NCBI GenBank assembly: GCA_964016885.1
Contig: OZ024740.1
Location: forward strand, 104,966,001-105,030,000
DNA length: 64,000 nucleotides
From: Eledone cirrhosa
Lineage: Eukaryota
Direction: 5' to 3'
Below the pieces are notes generated by a model, which saw only the letters and a list, made by a program, of their open reading frames with translations, was not told the DNA's origin and ran no database searches. Shown here one piece after another: positions 40,482-54,987 of the stretch (its first letter is position 1; the number at the start of each line of letters is the position of its first letter). The position numbers and the translations under genes are program-made.

Positions 40482-40747
40482 TTCTTATATATGGGGATGG
40501 TCATTTTGCCAATAAAAACACGAGCTATTTGATTTTCACTTTAGCTTTATTATTATTAGTTGTTAGTTAGTTTATCAAAGCTCTTTTGTCACACATTCTG
40601 TGACCTCAGTGACACCTGTCTTCTCTGTCTCTTCTTTTTGCGATGAAAGAGTTTCGATGAACTAACAACTAATAATAAAGCTGAAGTGAAAGTCAAATAG
40701 TGTGTGTTTTTGTTGGCAAAATGACCATCTCCAAATATATATAAGAA
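40482..40747. repeat. ~100-bp imperfect inverted repeat with a short spacer and a degenerate hammerhead-like motif; probable PLE terminal relic
   Basis: GGGGATGGTCATTTTGCCAATAAAAACAC...AAAGCTCTTT versus GAAAGAGTTTCGATG...TTGGCAAAATGACCATCTCC. Confidence 0.7.
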
Positions 40748-41213
40748 TATCTATTTCAACACATGGTTTCACAACAAAACCCCTATAGTGTGTTAATTCT
40801 GGTTCAACATGTATAATATATTTTGTCTGGTCAGCTTCTGTTTTCCTTTTCTCTATCAAATTACAACATCAGTTTCAATAACTATAGTTTATTATAAAGC
40901 CCAGAAACTTACTGTATATACTCGTATATAAGATGAGATATATGTGATTAAAAATCGATGGTAAAATGGGAGGTCAACTTATATTCAAGGTCAATATTTT
41001 GTTGATTTTTACCAACTTCAAAATTCTACCTAAATGAGGTGCTAAAATATTTTCACTTTGGAGGTGAATATTGCATTGCTTTCACTTTCAATGTGAAATT
41101 CGTATTTTCTATTATTTTTTATGTTTTGAATGAATATGGCCATGAAATTGGTTGAAAATTGGTAAAAAAATCATTATGTAATGATTTTATGGAACAAAAA
41201 CTATACTCTAAAC

Positions 41214-41530
41214 CACTGGTGGTCTGAGAGAAAATTTTGGTTGTCCACAGAAAAATGTGGACATTATTTGCAATTTTTATGTTTTATTAATAATAAAACA
41301 AAAATAATATTTGGTTAAAATATATTTTATAACCCCACTAAAAAATGTTTCTCCTCAATAAAGAACTAACATCCATGAAAGAATTTTACACATGTGTATC
41401 ATCTATCAACAATATGACACACATACACTTCAGTATTGTTTCGACCATTAACCATTAATTTATAGTGGTCCGCAGGATTTAAAATTATGAATTTAGTGGT
41501 CCATGAGGTCCAAAAGGTTGGTGACCACTG
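41214..41530. mobile_element. hAT (Charlie-like) MITE
   Basis: Right end AAAAGGTTGGTGACCACTG, left end CACTGGT; 8-bp TSD CTCTAAAC/CTCTAAAT. Confidence 0.7.
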
Positions 41531-41975
41531 CTCTAAATGACACTTAAAACATTTTTAATATCAAAATATTAAAACTTCATAAATATATTCTCCACTCATG
41601 ATTACTTGGCTTGGCTTATAAATGCTGTTTGGATTTTTGCTTCTCTCTCAGACATAAAATAGTGATGGAGATCAACACAGGCAACTAATCATCTTTCCTG
41701 TATAAATCAGCTGATATCTTTAACATTTAGCCATTCTGTCAGCTCACATTGTATTTCTTGCAATTTGACATTACATTTCCACAAACCCTCCACATTTGTC
41801 ACTTATGTCTCACTACCATTTAGGAAGGAAGCCAATCATCAGATCATACCATTGAAGCTATGTTTCCATTGGTCTTTCCTTTGCTGATACTATCTATTAG
41901 TTGCAACTCCTGCCAGGAGGTAGGATTTGAACTCAGAACAAACAGATACCACAAAGCAAAGAAATTTGTACAACT

Positions 41976-42682
41976 TGTAGCAGTTGCCTCCCTTGTTGTG
42001 ACTCACAACCCCAATAGATTAACAACATCTAGACGGGAAGTAGAACCCTTTCTGTAACTTCCGGTCAGAACCCTATAAAACTAACAACTTTAAGTTCTCA
42101 CTCTCTCATTTGCCCTTCCGGCGCCTGGCCTTCGCCAGGCGTCTCGCGTTTGCCTGGCAATCAAAACGGTAACTACTAACTTTGTTTCATTCTTTCATTT
42201 ATTCATTGACATGTCAACTATACTGTTAAATTGTTGATTAAATATTATACACACAAACCATGTCTCCTTGTTACATTCATACAACCCAGTATCCTCGCTA
42301 TATTTTCTTTTTTTGGGGGTGACCACTTATAACAATGAACGGCTGCGTGTTCGTATCACGTCAGGGTTACCAATATAGCGAGGATACTGGGTTGTATGAA
42401 TGTAACAAGGAGACATAGTTTGTGTGTATAATATTTAATCAACAATTTAACAGTATAGTTGACATGTCAATGAATAAACGAAAGAATGAAGCAAAGTTAG
42501 TAGTTACCGTTTTGATTGCCAGGCAAACGCGAGACGCCTGGCGAAGGCCAGGTGCCGAAGGGCAAATGAGAGAGTGAGAACTTAAAATTGTTAGTTTTAT
42601 AGGGTTCTGACCGGAAGTTACAGAAAGGGTTCTACTTCCCGTCTAGATGTTGTGAGTCACAACAAGGGAGGCAACTGCTACA
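41976..42682. mobile_element. Fold-back non-autonomous DNA transposon, Ginger-like
   Basis: Arms 41976-42304 and 42372-42682 are near-perfect inverted repeats; termini TGT...ACA; 4-bp TSD AACT. Confidence 0.8.
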
Positions 42683-42899
42683 AACTCTTTAATGATACCA
42701 CCAATCCATTACCTCTGACTGCTATTTTATTTATCAAGCCTGAAAGAATGAAAGGCAAAGTTGACTTCATTGTGATTCAAACTCAGAAAGCAGAGAACTA
42801 ATTCTGATATATTTGATCTGATACTCTATCAACTCTTCCAATTTGAGAAATACCATGTAATTCTACACAAAGCTTATGTATTAGTTGATATAATTATTA

Positions 42900-43150
42900 C
42901 ACAGTCAATCTCTCAGATTATCTTTCATATATACCAATGCTACACCTGCAGAAGATCATATACACCTCATTTCTTTCCAGCCACGTGGCATATTCCAAAT
43001 TTAAAAGCCCATGTTTCACAACAATTTACCATCATACATCTTACACATGATTCATTTATCTGACTTTCACACACACGCAACCATCTACCATCACACATCT
43101 TTCACATGATTCATATAGTCTGACTTTCTTACACCAACATCTACCATCAC
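42900..43150 (-). mobile_element. Old RTE relic contiguous with the satellite edge
   Basis: Minus strand gives ESCVRCMMVNCCETWA, then TWLERNEVYMIFCRCSI, matching RTE DACVRSAMRRGSETWA..RWLERNEASMLRWMCNV. Confidence 0.7.
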
Positions 43151-43254
43151 CAGTGGCAAGCAGTAAAATTGTGCCTCTGCCCAAACATCAAACACCTATG
43201 ATTCAGCCACTATAATGTTTCTCACCCATAATAATCAAAGACACCTTACACATC

Positions 43255-46200
43255 ACATACATAATTCATATAGTCTAACTTTCACACACAACCATCTACC
43301 ATCACATCTTACACATAATTCATATAGTCTAACTTTCACACACAACCATCTACCATCACATCTTACACATAATTCATATAGTCTAACTTTCATACACAAT
43401 CATCTACCATCACACATCTTACACATAATTCATATAGTCTAACTTTCACACACAACCATCTACCATCACACATCTTACACATAATCCATATAGTCTAACT
43501 TTCACACACAACAATCTACCATCACACATCTTACACATAATTCATATAGTCTGACTTTCACACACAATCATCTACCATCACATCTTACACATAATTCATA
43601 TAGTCTAACTTTCACACACAACCATCTACCATCACACATCTTACACATAATTCATATAGTCTAACTTTCACACACAATCATCTACCATCACATCTTACAC
43701 ATAATTCATATAGTCTAACTTTCATACACAATCATCTACCATCACACATCTTACACATAATTCATATAGTCTAACTTTCACACACAACCATCTACCATCA
43801 CACATCTTACACATAATCCATATAGTCTAACTTTCACACACAACAATCTACCATCACACATCTTACACATATTTCATATAGTCTGACTTTCACACACAAT
43901 CATCTACCATCACATCTTACACATAATTCATATAGTCTAACTTTCACACACAACCATCTACCATCACACATCTTACACATAATTCATATAGTCTAACTTT
44001 CACACACAATCATCTACCATCACATCTTACACATAATTCATATAGTCTAACTTTCATACACAACCATCTACCATCACATCTTACACATAATTCATATAGT
44101 CTAACTTTCATACACAATCATCTACCAACACATCTTACACATAATTCATATAGTCTAACTTTCATACACAACCACCTACCATCACATCTTACACATAATT
44201 CATATAATCTAACTTTCACACACAACCATCTACCATCACATCTTACACATAATTCATATAGTCTAACTTTCACACACAATCATCTACCATCACATCTTAC
44301 ACATAATTCATATAGTCTAACTTTCATACACAACCATCTACCATCACACATCTTACACATAATTCATATAGTCTAACTTTCATACACAATCATCTACCAT
44401 CACATCTTACACATAATTCATGTAGTCTGACTTTCACACACAAGCATCTACCATCACATCTTACACATAATTCATATAGTCTAACTTTCACACACAACCA
44501 TCTACCATCACACATAACCATCTACCATCACACATAATTCATATAGTCTACCTTTCATACACAACCATCTACCATCACATCTTACACATAATTCATATAG
44601 TCTAACTTTCATACACAACCATCTACCATCACACATCTTACACATAATTCATATAGTCTAACTTTCACACACAATCATCTACCATCACATCTTACACATA
44701 ATTCATATAGTCTAACTTTCACACACAATCATCTACCAACACATCTTACACATAATTCATATAGTCTAACTTTCACACACAATCATCTACCATCACACAT
44801 CTTACACATAATTCATATAGTCTAACTTTCATACACAACCATCTACCATCACATCTTACACATAATTCATATAGTCTAACTTTCACACACAATCATCTAC
44901 CATCACATCTTACACATAATTCATATAGTCTAACTTTCATACACAACCATCTACCATCACATCTTACACATAATTCATATAGTCTAACTTTCACACACAA
45001 TCATCTACCAACACATCTTACACATAATTCATATAGTCTAACTTTCATACACAACCACCTACCATCACATCTTACACATAATTCATATAGTCTAACTTTC
45101 ACACACAATCATCTACCATCACATCTTACACATAATTCATATAGTCTAACTTTCATACACAACCATCTACCATCACATCTTACACATAATTCATATAGTC
45201 TAACTTTCATACACAACCATCTACCATCACATCTTACACATAATTCATATAGTCTAACTTTCACACACAATCATCTACCATCACACATCTTACACATAAT
45301 TCATATAGTCTAACTTTCACACACAATCATCTACCATCACATCTTACACATAATTCATATAGTCTAACTTTCACACACAATCATCTACCATCACACATCT
45401 TACACATAATTCATATAGTCTAACTTTCACACACAATCATCTACCATCACATCTTACACATAATTCATATAGTCTAACTTTCATACACAACCATCTACCA
45501 TCACATCTTACACATAATTCACATAGTCTAACTTTCATACACAACCATCTACCATCACATCTTACACATAATTCATATAGTCTAACTTTCATACACAACC
45601 ATCTACCATCACATCTTACACATAATTCATATAGTCTAACTTTCATACACAACCATCTACCATCACATCTTACACATAATTCATATAGTCTAACTTTCAT
45701 ACACAATCATCTACCATCACATCTTACACATAATTCATATAGTCTGACTTTCACACACAATCATCTACCATCACATCTTACACATAATTCATATAGTCTA
45801 ACTTTCATACACAACCACCTACCATCACATCTTACACATAATTCATATAATCTAACTTTCACACACAACCATCTACCATCACACATCTTACACATAATTC
45901 ATATAGTCTAACTTTCATACACAACCATCTACCATCACATCTTACACATAATTCATATAGTCTAACTTTCACACACAATCATCTACCATCACATCTTACA
46001 CATAATTCATATAGTCTAACTTTCACACACAATCATCTACCATCACACATCTTACACATAATTCATATAGTCTAACTTTCATACACAACCATCTACCATC
46101 ACATCTTACACATAATTCATATAATCTAACTTTCATACACAACCATCTACCATCACATCTTACACATAATTCATATAATCTAACTTTCATACACAACCAT

Positions 46201-49200
46201 CTACCATCACATCTTACTCATAATTCATATAATCTAACTTTCATACACAACCATCTACCATCACATCTTACACATAATTCATGTAGTCTAACTTTCATAC
46301 ACAATCATCTACCATCACATCTTACACATAATTCATATAGTCTAACTTTCATACACAACCATCTACCATCACATCTTACACATAATTCATATAGTCTAAC
46401 TTTCATACACAACCATCTACCATCACATCTTACACATAATTCATATAGTCTAACTTTCATACACAACCATCTACCATCACATCTTACACATAATTCATAT
46501 AATCTAACTTTCATACACAACCATCTACCATCACATCTTACACATAATTCATATAGTCTAACTTTCATACACAACCATCTACCATCACACATCTTACACA
46601 TAATTCATATAGTCTAACTTTCATACACAATCATCTACCATCACATCTTACACATAATTCATGTAGTCTGACTTTCACACACAAGCATCTACCATCACAT
46701 CTTACACATAATTCATATAGTCTAACTTTCACACACAACCATCTACCATCACACATAACCATCTACCATCACACACCTTACACATAATTCATATAGTCTA
46801 ACTTTCATACACAACCATCTACCATCACATCTTACACATAATTCATATAGTCTAACTTTCATACACAACCATCTACCATCACATCTTACACATAATTCAT
46901 ATATTCTAACTTTCATACACAACCATCTACCAACACATCTTACACATAATTCATATAGTCTAACTTTCACACACAATCATCTACTAACACATCTTACACA
47001 TAATTCATATAGTCTAACTTTCACACACAATCATCTACCATCACACATCTTACACATAATTCATATAGTCTAACTTTCACACACAATCATCTACCATCAC
47101 ATCTTACACATAATTCATATAGTCTAACTTTCATACACAACCATCTACCATCACATCTTACACATAATTCATATAGTCTAAATTTCATACACAACCATCT
47201 ACCATCACATCTTACACATAATTCATATAGTCTAACTTTCACACACAATCATCTACCATCACACATCTTACACATAATTCATATAGTCTAACTTTCACAC
47301 ACAATCATCTACCATCACATCTTACACATAATTCATATAGTCTAACTTTCACACACAATCATCTACCATCACACATCTTACACATAATTCATATAGTCTA
47401 ACTTTCACACACAATCATCTACCATCACATCTTACACATAATTCATATAGTCTAACTTTCATACACAACCATCTACCATCACATCTTACACATAATTCAT
47501 ATAGTCTAACTTTCATACACAACCATCTACCATCACATCTTACACATAATTCATATAGTCTAACTTTCATACACAACCATCTACCATCACATCTTACACA
47601 TAATTCATATAGTCTAACTTTCATACACAACCATCTACCATCACATCTTACACATAATTCATATAGTCTAACTTTCATACACAATCATCTACCATCACAT
47701 CTTACACATAATTCATATAGTCTGACTTTCACACACAATCATCTACCATCACATCTTACACATAATTCATATAGTCTAACTTTCATACACAACCATCTAC
47801 CATCACATCTTACACATAATTCATATAATCTAACTTTCATACACAACCATCTACCATCACATCTTACACATAATTCATATAATCTAACTTTCATACACAA
47901 CCATCTACCATCACATCTTACTCATAATTCATATAATCTAACTTTCATACACAACCATCTACCATCACATCTTACACATAATTCATATAGTCTAACTTTC
48001 ATACACAATCATCTACCATCACATCTTACACATAATTCATATAGTCTAACTTTCATACACAACCATCTACCATCACATCTTACACATAATTCATATAATC
48101 TAACTTTCATACACAACCATCTACCATCACATCTTACACATAATTCATATAGTCTGACTTTCACACACAATCATCTACCATCACATCTTACACATAATTC
48201 ATATAGTCTAACTTTCACACACAACCATCTACCATCACACATCTTACACATAATTCATATAGTCTAACTTTCACACACAACAATCTACCATCACACATCT
48301 TACACATAATTCATATAGTCTGACTTTCACACACAATCATCTACCATCACATCTTACACATAATTCATATAGTCTAACTTTCACACACAACCATCTACCA
48401 TCACACATCTTACACATAATTCATATAGTCTAACTTTCACACACAATCATCTACCATCACATCTTACACATAATTCATATAGTCTAACTTTCATACACAA
48501 CCATCTACCATCACATCTTACACATAATTCATATAGTCTAACTTTCATACACAATCATCTACCAACACATCTTACACATAATTCATATAGTCTAACTTTC
48601 ATACACAACCACCTACCATCACATCTTACACATAATTCATATAGTCTAACTTTCATACACAACCATCTACCAACACATCTTACACATAATTCATATAGTC
48701 TAACTTTCATACACAACCATCTACCATCGCATCTTACACATAATTCATATAATCTAACTTTCATACACAACCATCTACCATCACATCTTACACATAATTC
48801 ATATAATCTAACTTTCATACACAACCATCTACCATCACATCTTACTCATAATTCATATAATCTAACTTTCATACACAACCATCTACCATCACATCTTACA
48901 CATAATTCATATAGTCTAACTTTCATACACAATCATCTACCATCACATCTTACACATAATTCATATAGTCTAACTTTCATACACAACCATCTACCATCAC
49001 ATCTTACACATAATTCATATAATCTAACTTTCATACACAACCATCTACCATCACATCTTACACATAATTCATATAGTCTGACTTTCACACACAATCATCT
49101 ACCATCACATCTTACACATAATTCATATAGTCTAACTTTCACACACAACCATCTACCATCACACATCTTACACATAATTCATATAGTCTAACTTTCACAC

Positions 49201-52200
49201 ACAACAATCTACCATCACACATCTTACACATAATTCATATAGTCTGACTTTCACACACAATCATCTACCATCACATCTTACACATAATTCATATAGTCTA
49301 ACTTTCACACACAACCATCTACCATCACACATCTTACACATAATTCATATAGTCTAACTTTCACACACAATCATCTACCATCACATCTTACACATAATTC
49401 ATATAGTCTAACTTTCATACACAACCATCTACCATCACATCTTACACATAATTCATATAGTCTAACTTTCATACACAATCATCTACCATCACATCTTACA
49501 CATAATTCATATAGTCTGACTTTCACGCACAATCATCTACCATCACATCTTACACATAATTCATATAGTCTAACTTTCATACACAACCATCTACCATCAC
49601 ATCTTACACATAATTCATATAATCTAACTTTCATACACAACCATCTACCATCACATCTTACACATAATTCATATAGTCTAACTTTCATACACAACCATCT
49701 ACCATCACACATCTTACACATAATTCATATAGTCTAACTTTCATACACAATCATCTACCATCACATCTTACACATAATTCATGTAGTCTGACTTTCACAC
49801 AGAAGCATCTACCATCACATCTTACACATAATTCATATAGTCTAACTTTCACACACAACCATCTACCATCACACATAACCATCTACCATCACACACCTTA
49901 CACATAATTCATATAGTCTAACTTTCATACACAACCATCTACCATCACATCTTACACATAATTCATACAGTCTAACTTTCATACACAACCATCTACCATC
50001 ACATCTTACACATAATTCATATATTCTAACTTTCATACACAACCATCTACCAACACATCTTACACATAATTCATATAGTCTAACTTTCACACACAATCAT
50101 CTACTAACACATCTTACACATAATTCATATAGTCTAACTTTCACACACAATCATATACCATCACATCTTACACATAATTCATATAGTCTAACTTTCATAC
50201 ACAACCATCTACCATCACATCTTACACATAATTCATATAGTCTAACTTTCATACACAACCATCTACCATCACATCTTACACATAATTCATATAGTCTAAC
50301 TTTCACACACAATCATCTACCATCACACATCTTACACATAATTCATATAGTCTAACTTTCACACACAATCATCTACCATCACATCTTACACATAATTCAT
50401 ATAGTCTAACTTTCATACACAACCATCTACCATCACATCTTACACATAATTCATATAGTCTAACTTTCATACACAACCATCTACCATCACATCTTACACA
50501 TAATTCATATAGTCTAACTTTCACACACAATCATCTACCATCACACATCTTACACATAATTCATATAGTCTAACTTTCACACACAATCATCTACCATCAC
50601 ATCTTACACATAATTCATATAGTCTAACTTTCATACACAACCATCTACCATCACATCTTACACATAATTCATATAGTCTAACTTTCATACACAACCATCT
50701 ACCATCACATCTTACACATAATTCATATAGTCTAACTTTCATACACAACCATCTACCATCACATCTTACACATAATTCATGTAGTCTAACTTTCACACAC
50801 AACCATCTACCATCACATCTTACACATAATTCATATAGTCTAACTTTCATACACAATCATCTACCATCACATCTTACACATAATTCATATAGTCTGACTT
50901 TCACACACAATCATCTACCATCACATCTTACACATAATTCATATAATCTAACTTTCATACACAACCATCTACCATCACATCTTACTCATAATTCATATAA
51001 TCTAACTTTCATACACAACCATCTACCATCACATCTTACACATAATTCATATAGTCTAACTTTCATACACAATCATCTACCATCACATCTTACACATAAT
51101 TCATATAGTCTAACTTTCATACACAACCATCTACCATCACATCTTACACATAATTCATATAATCTAACTTTCATACACAACCATCTACCATCACATCTTA
51201 CACATAATTCATATAGTCTGACTTTCACACACAATCATCTACCATCACATCTTACACATAATTCATATAGTCTAACTTTCACACACAACCATCTACCATC
51301 ACACATCTTACACATAATTCATATAGTCTAACTTTCACACACAACAATCTACCATCACACATCTTACACATAATTCATATAGTCTGACTTTCACACACAA
51401 TCATCTACCATCACATCTTACACATAATTCATATAGTCTAACTTTCACACACAACCATCTACCATCACACATCTTACACATAATTCATATAGTCTAACTT
51501 TCACACACAATCATCTACCATCACATCTTACACATAATTCATATAGTCTAACTTTCATACACAACCATCTACCATCACATCTTACACATAATTCATATAG
51601 TCTAACTTTCATACACAATCATCTACCAACACATCTTACACATAATTCATATAGTCTAACTTTCATACACAACCACCTACCATCACATCTTACACATAAT
51701 TCATATAGTCTAACTTTCATACACAACCATCTACCAACACATCTTACACATAATTCATATAGTCTAACTTTCATACACAACCATCTACCATCGCATCTTA
51801 CACATAATTCATATAATCTAACTTTCATACACAACCATCTACCATCACATCTTACACATAATTCATATAATCTAACTTTCATACACAACCATCTACCATC
51901 ACATCTTACTCATAATTCATATAATCTAACTTTCATACACAACCATCTACCATCACATCTTACACATAATTCATATAGTCTAACTTTCATACACAATCAT
52001 CTACCATCACATCTTACACATAATTCATATAGTCTAACTTTCATACACAACCATCTACCATCACATCTTACACATAATTCATATAATCTAACTTTCATAC
52101 ACAACCATCTACCATCACATCTTACACATAATTCATATAGTCTAACTTTCATACACAATCATCTACCATCACATCTTACACATAATTCATATAGTCTAAC

Positions 52201-52247
52201 TTTCACACACAACCATCTACCATCACACATCTTACACATAATTCATA
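43255..52247. repeat. 54/56-bp satellite array, left part
   Basis: Monomer TCATATAGTCTAACTTTCA(T/C)ACACAA(C/T)CATCTACCATCAC(AC)ATCTTACACATAAT. Confidence 0.98.
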
Positions 52248-53347
52248 CTAGCTAGAAAAATGCGTACAGCAAAAAAAAGTAATATTGTTGGAACAAACCT
52301 TTAAAAATACAGGACAAGGAAGTAAGATAAACCTTTAAAAATACAGGACAAAGAACAAAGAATAGGACAAGGAATATAAATTTTTACAATAATATTAGTG
52401 GCAAAATTCAATTGGTAAAAAATTGAGTTTCCATCATTACACCAATTACAACTATGATGTTCCGCATGCATCCACTCCAACCATGATCACTTGTCTGTCA
52501 TCTTTCCCGGTCCAACTCCTCGCGGATGACCCGGCGCAACTCGGACTGGGTCGGAGCAGGAACTGGAGGGGGAGAGGGAGGGGTACGGGTCTTGACTCTG
52601 GGACGATGACGGCGAGTGACCAAGGTGAATGGGCCCGTGTTCGACTCGGAATCCTGCTGGTCCTCGATGACACTTTGAGGCACGGTTGACGGTTCCGGAC
52701 TGGCTTCATGGGCAGTGGTAGAAGGGCAGGTGGATAGGGCAGAGTGCTTCTTCCTGGGAGAGCACTTGAAGCAGGTGAAGCCGGCGCCGGACTCGTTGAA
52801 CCACTTCCAGACAGCACTGGGCATGTTGGCGCAGCAATGATGAAAGTTGAAGCAGGCGACGAGGGGGGAGGAGGTGGAGGCGTTGGTGCAGGAGCAACAG
52901 ACTGCTGATTTGGGAGTCATTGTAGCTGGGGGATGCAGGCGCTGAGGGGGCTCGAGTAGAAGGGAAGAACAGAAATGAACCATGATGACTTTTCCTACAT
53001 TTTTCCTGGCCCACTTCCTCATGAACCAATGAACCAGTTGGTACAACTCGGACTTGGAGGAGGAACACAAGACAGGGATCAATTTCATTGTATTGATATT
53101 TCTCATTAAGTAATTTCATGTTACTCAAATAAATCACTTTTATTTGATCAATTATCTATTTTTCCAATAAAATTTTTGCCACTAATATTATTGTAAAAAT
53201 TTATATTCCTTGTCCTATTCTTTTAAAGTTTTATCTTAGTTCTTTGTCCTGTATTTTTAAAGGTTTATCTTACTTCCTTGTCCTGTATTTTTAAAGGTTT
53301 GTTCCAACAATATTACTTTTTTTTGCTGTACGCATTTTTCTAGCTAG
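52248..53347. repeat. ~160/175-bp inverted repeats (52248-~52406 and ~53174-53347), both ending CTAGCTAG
   Basis: Direct reverse-complement match apart from one ~15-nt indel in an internal sub-repeat. Confidence 0.92.
52460..52920 (-). pseudogene. Captured LINE (CR1/L2-type) ORF1 N-terminal fragment with a PHD-like finger
   Basis: GC-rich island: MTPKSAVCCSC..VAC..FHHCC..W..FTCFKC, then ELRRVIREELDRER and (frameshifted) VIMVGV, the usual ORF1 layout. Confidence 0.6.
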
Positions 53348-53811
53348 TTTCCTATTTTTCAAGGCAATGCAAACAACAACTACTTAATTAAATAGTTATT
53401 ACTTTAGTTACTTCTATCAAAAAATCCCAAAAATGATGTTAATGAAAACTATAGGTGAAAGTGAAGCTATTCTTTTGTGACCTCTTAGTTACTTGTACCA
53501 ATTTTGAATTTAATTCAAGCTACAGTGTCAGCCTGTGCATTGGAGTCACAGAAATAAGTTGAGATATTTTATCTAATTGGTACAAGCATCCACTCCACAT
53601 GGCGGGGACATAGGTCAGATCGTGGAGCACTCACCTATCTTAAAAATATTAACTTATGATAAATAAGAGTCATTTAAGAAAATACAATTTTTTTAAATTA
53701 GTAGGTGAGCATTAACAACTGAATCTAAATGGAGCAAATTTGCACCATTTGCATTTAGTTGAAAATAACATTTTAATTAAACATGACAAATTCTAATGCA
53801 ATAGAAGGCAA

Positions 53812-54082
53812 ATATCAATTTTCACATGCAAATTTTTTGGGGATTTTTTTCACGCGCGCCATTTTTGGTCGATTTTTTTGTCAATTTTTCACATGCAAAT
53901 TTTTTTGGGTTTTTTTGATTTTTTTTCACGCGCGCCATTTTTGTCGATTTTTTGTCAATTTTTCACATGATAATTTTTTTTTGGATTTTTGGATTTTCTT
54001 CACGCACGCCATTTTTGTCGATTTTTTGTCAATTTTTCACATGATAATTTTTTTTGGATTTTTGTATTTTCTTCACGCGCTT
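53812..54082. repeat. 73-76-bp tandem repeat, ~3.5 copies
   Basis: CACGC(G/A)C anchors at 53851, 53927, 54001 and 54074. Confidence 0.85.
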
Positions 54083-54662
54083 TTTGGTATGCATTATTCA
54101 TATGTTTTGCTTGTTCTGATTGTCTTTTTTCTTTTATTTCAGCAGCTTTCCGTTTTTTATACTCCCTATTCCTAATGGCATTTTTTCTCCGTTTTTCATT
54201 CTCTTTATGAATTTTTTGATCTTTGGGACATTCGGAAGCACTATCAGTCTCATTGAATTCAAATTCAGGTCCAGGATTTAATTCAACACAACCGATAATA
54301 AGCAATGATAAGATCAGTGCACGTGTTCTATATTTCTGATTGGAAATCGGGTAAATTCGTTTATTGGATTTGTAAAAAGCCGCCTGAATGTGAATTTCAT
54401 CATTCGAATTGCCCGATTGTGGAATTGTTTCATTCGAAATGGAAATATTGCATTTTCGCGCCAGGCAAAAAAGTAATAAGCCGATCAAAAAGCCGCGAAA
54501 CGTATATGGTGATTTTTTTCGAAAGCCGCGAAACGTATGAAGTGACCTTTTGCGATTTTTTTTGCGACCATTTTGGCGAGACTTTTGCAGGGAAACAAAT
54601 TTTTCATTTGTAATAGTCAAAATAAATAAGCCGATAAAAAAGCCGAGAGACGTCATTTTCAT
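54000..54662 (-). CDS. Element-encoded 220-aa ORF with hydrophobic segments, a 2A/StopGo-like motif and a K/R/E/Q-rich helical tail; possibly a truncated transposase 5' end
   Basis: ORF track plus manual translation: RALILSLLIIGCVELNPGP at 54267-54323; same strand as the element's TC..CTAG polarity. Confidence 0.5.
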   Translation of the reverse strand: MKMTSLGFFIGLFILTITNEKFVSLQKSRQNGRKKNRKRSLHTFRGFRKKSPYTFRGFLIGLLLFCLARKCNISISNETIPQSGNSNDEIHIQAAFYKSNKRIYPISNQKYRTRALILSLLIIGCVELNPGPEFEFNETDSASECPKDQKIHKENEKRRKNAIRNREYKKRKAAEIKEKRQSEQAKHMNNAYQKAREENTKIQKKLSCEKLTKNRQKWRA

Positions 54663-54987
54663 ATGTCAAATGAGCACACTATTCGCACCTATCGCAAATG
54701 AGTTCACTACTCGCACCTATCGGTACAAAAAATAGCACAACTATTCACAACTATTAGTACAAATCCAAATGATTTTCTGAATTTCTAGTATATCAATCAG
54801 CGACTGCTTTGAAAGAGAACAATGCAGTGAGTGATTACTCATTTGAATATAAATAGAAGACAACCTCAACTAGTTTGCAACGTGTGACCACTTATCGCGA
54901 GATAGGAGAACATAATAGCTCCTAATTAGCTCAATGATTAATGTTTACTGCCACATTGTATCAACATTTAAAATTCAAATTCAAAAA

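Noticed and set aside
43151-43255. ~100-bp interruption near the start of the satellite
   Set aside because: Only a 6-bp inverted match (AGTGGC/GCCACT) and no clear TSD; origin cannot be assigned.
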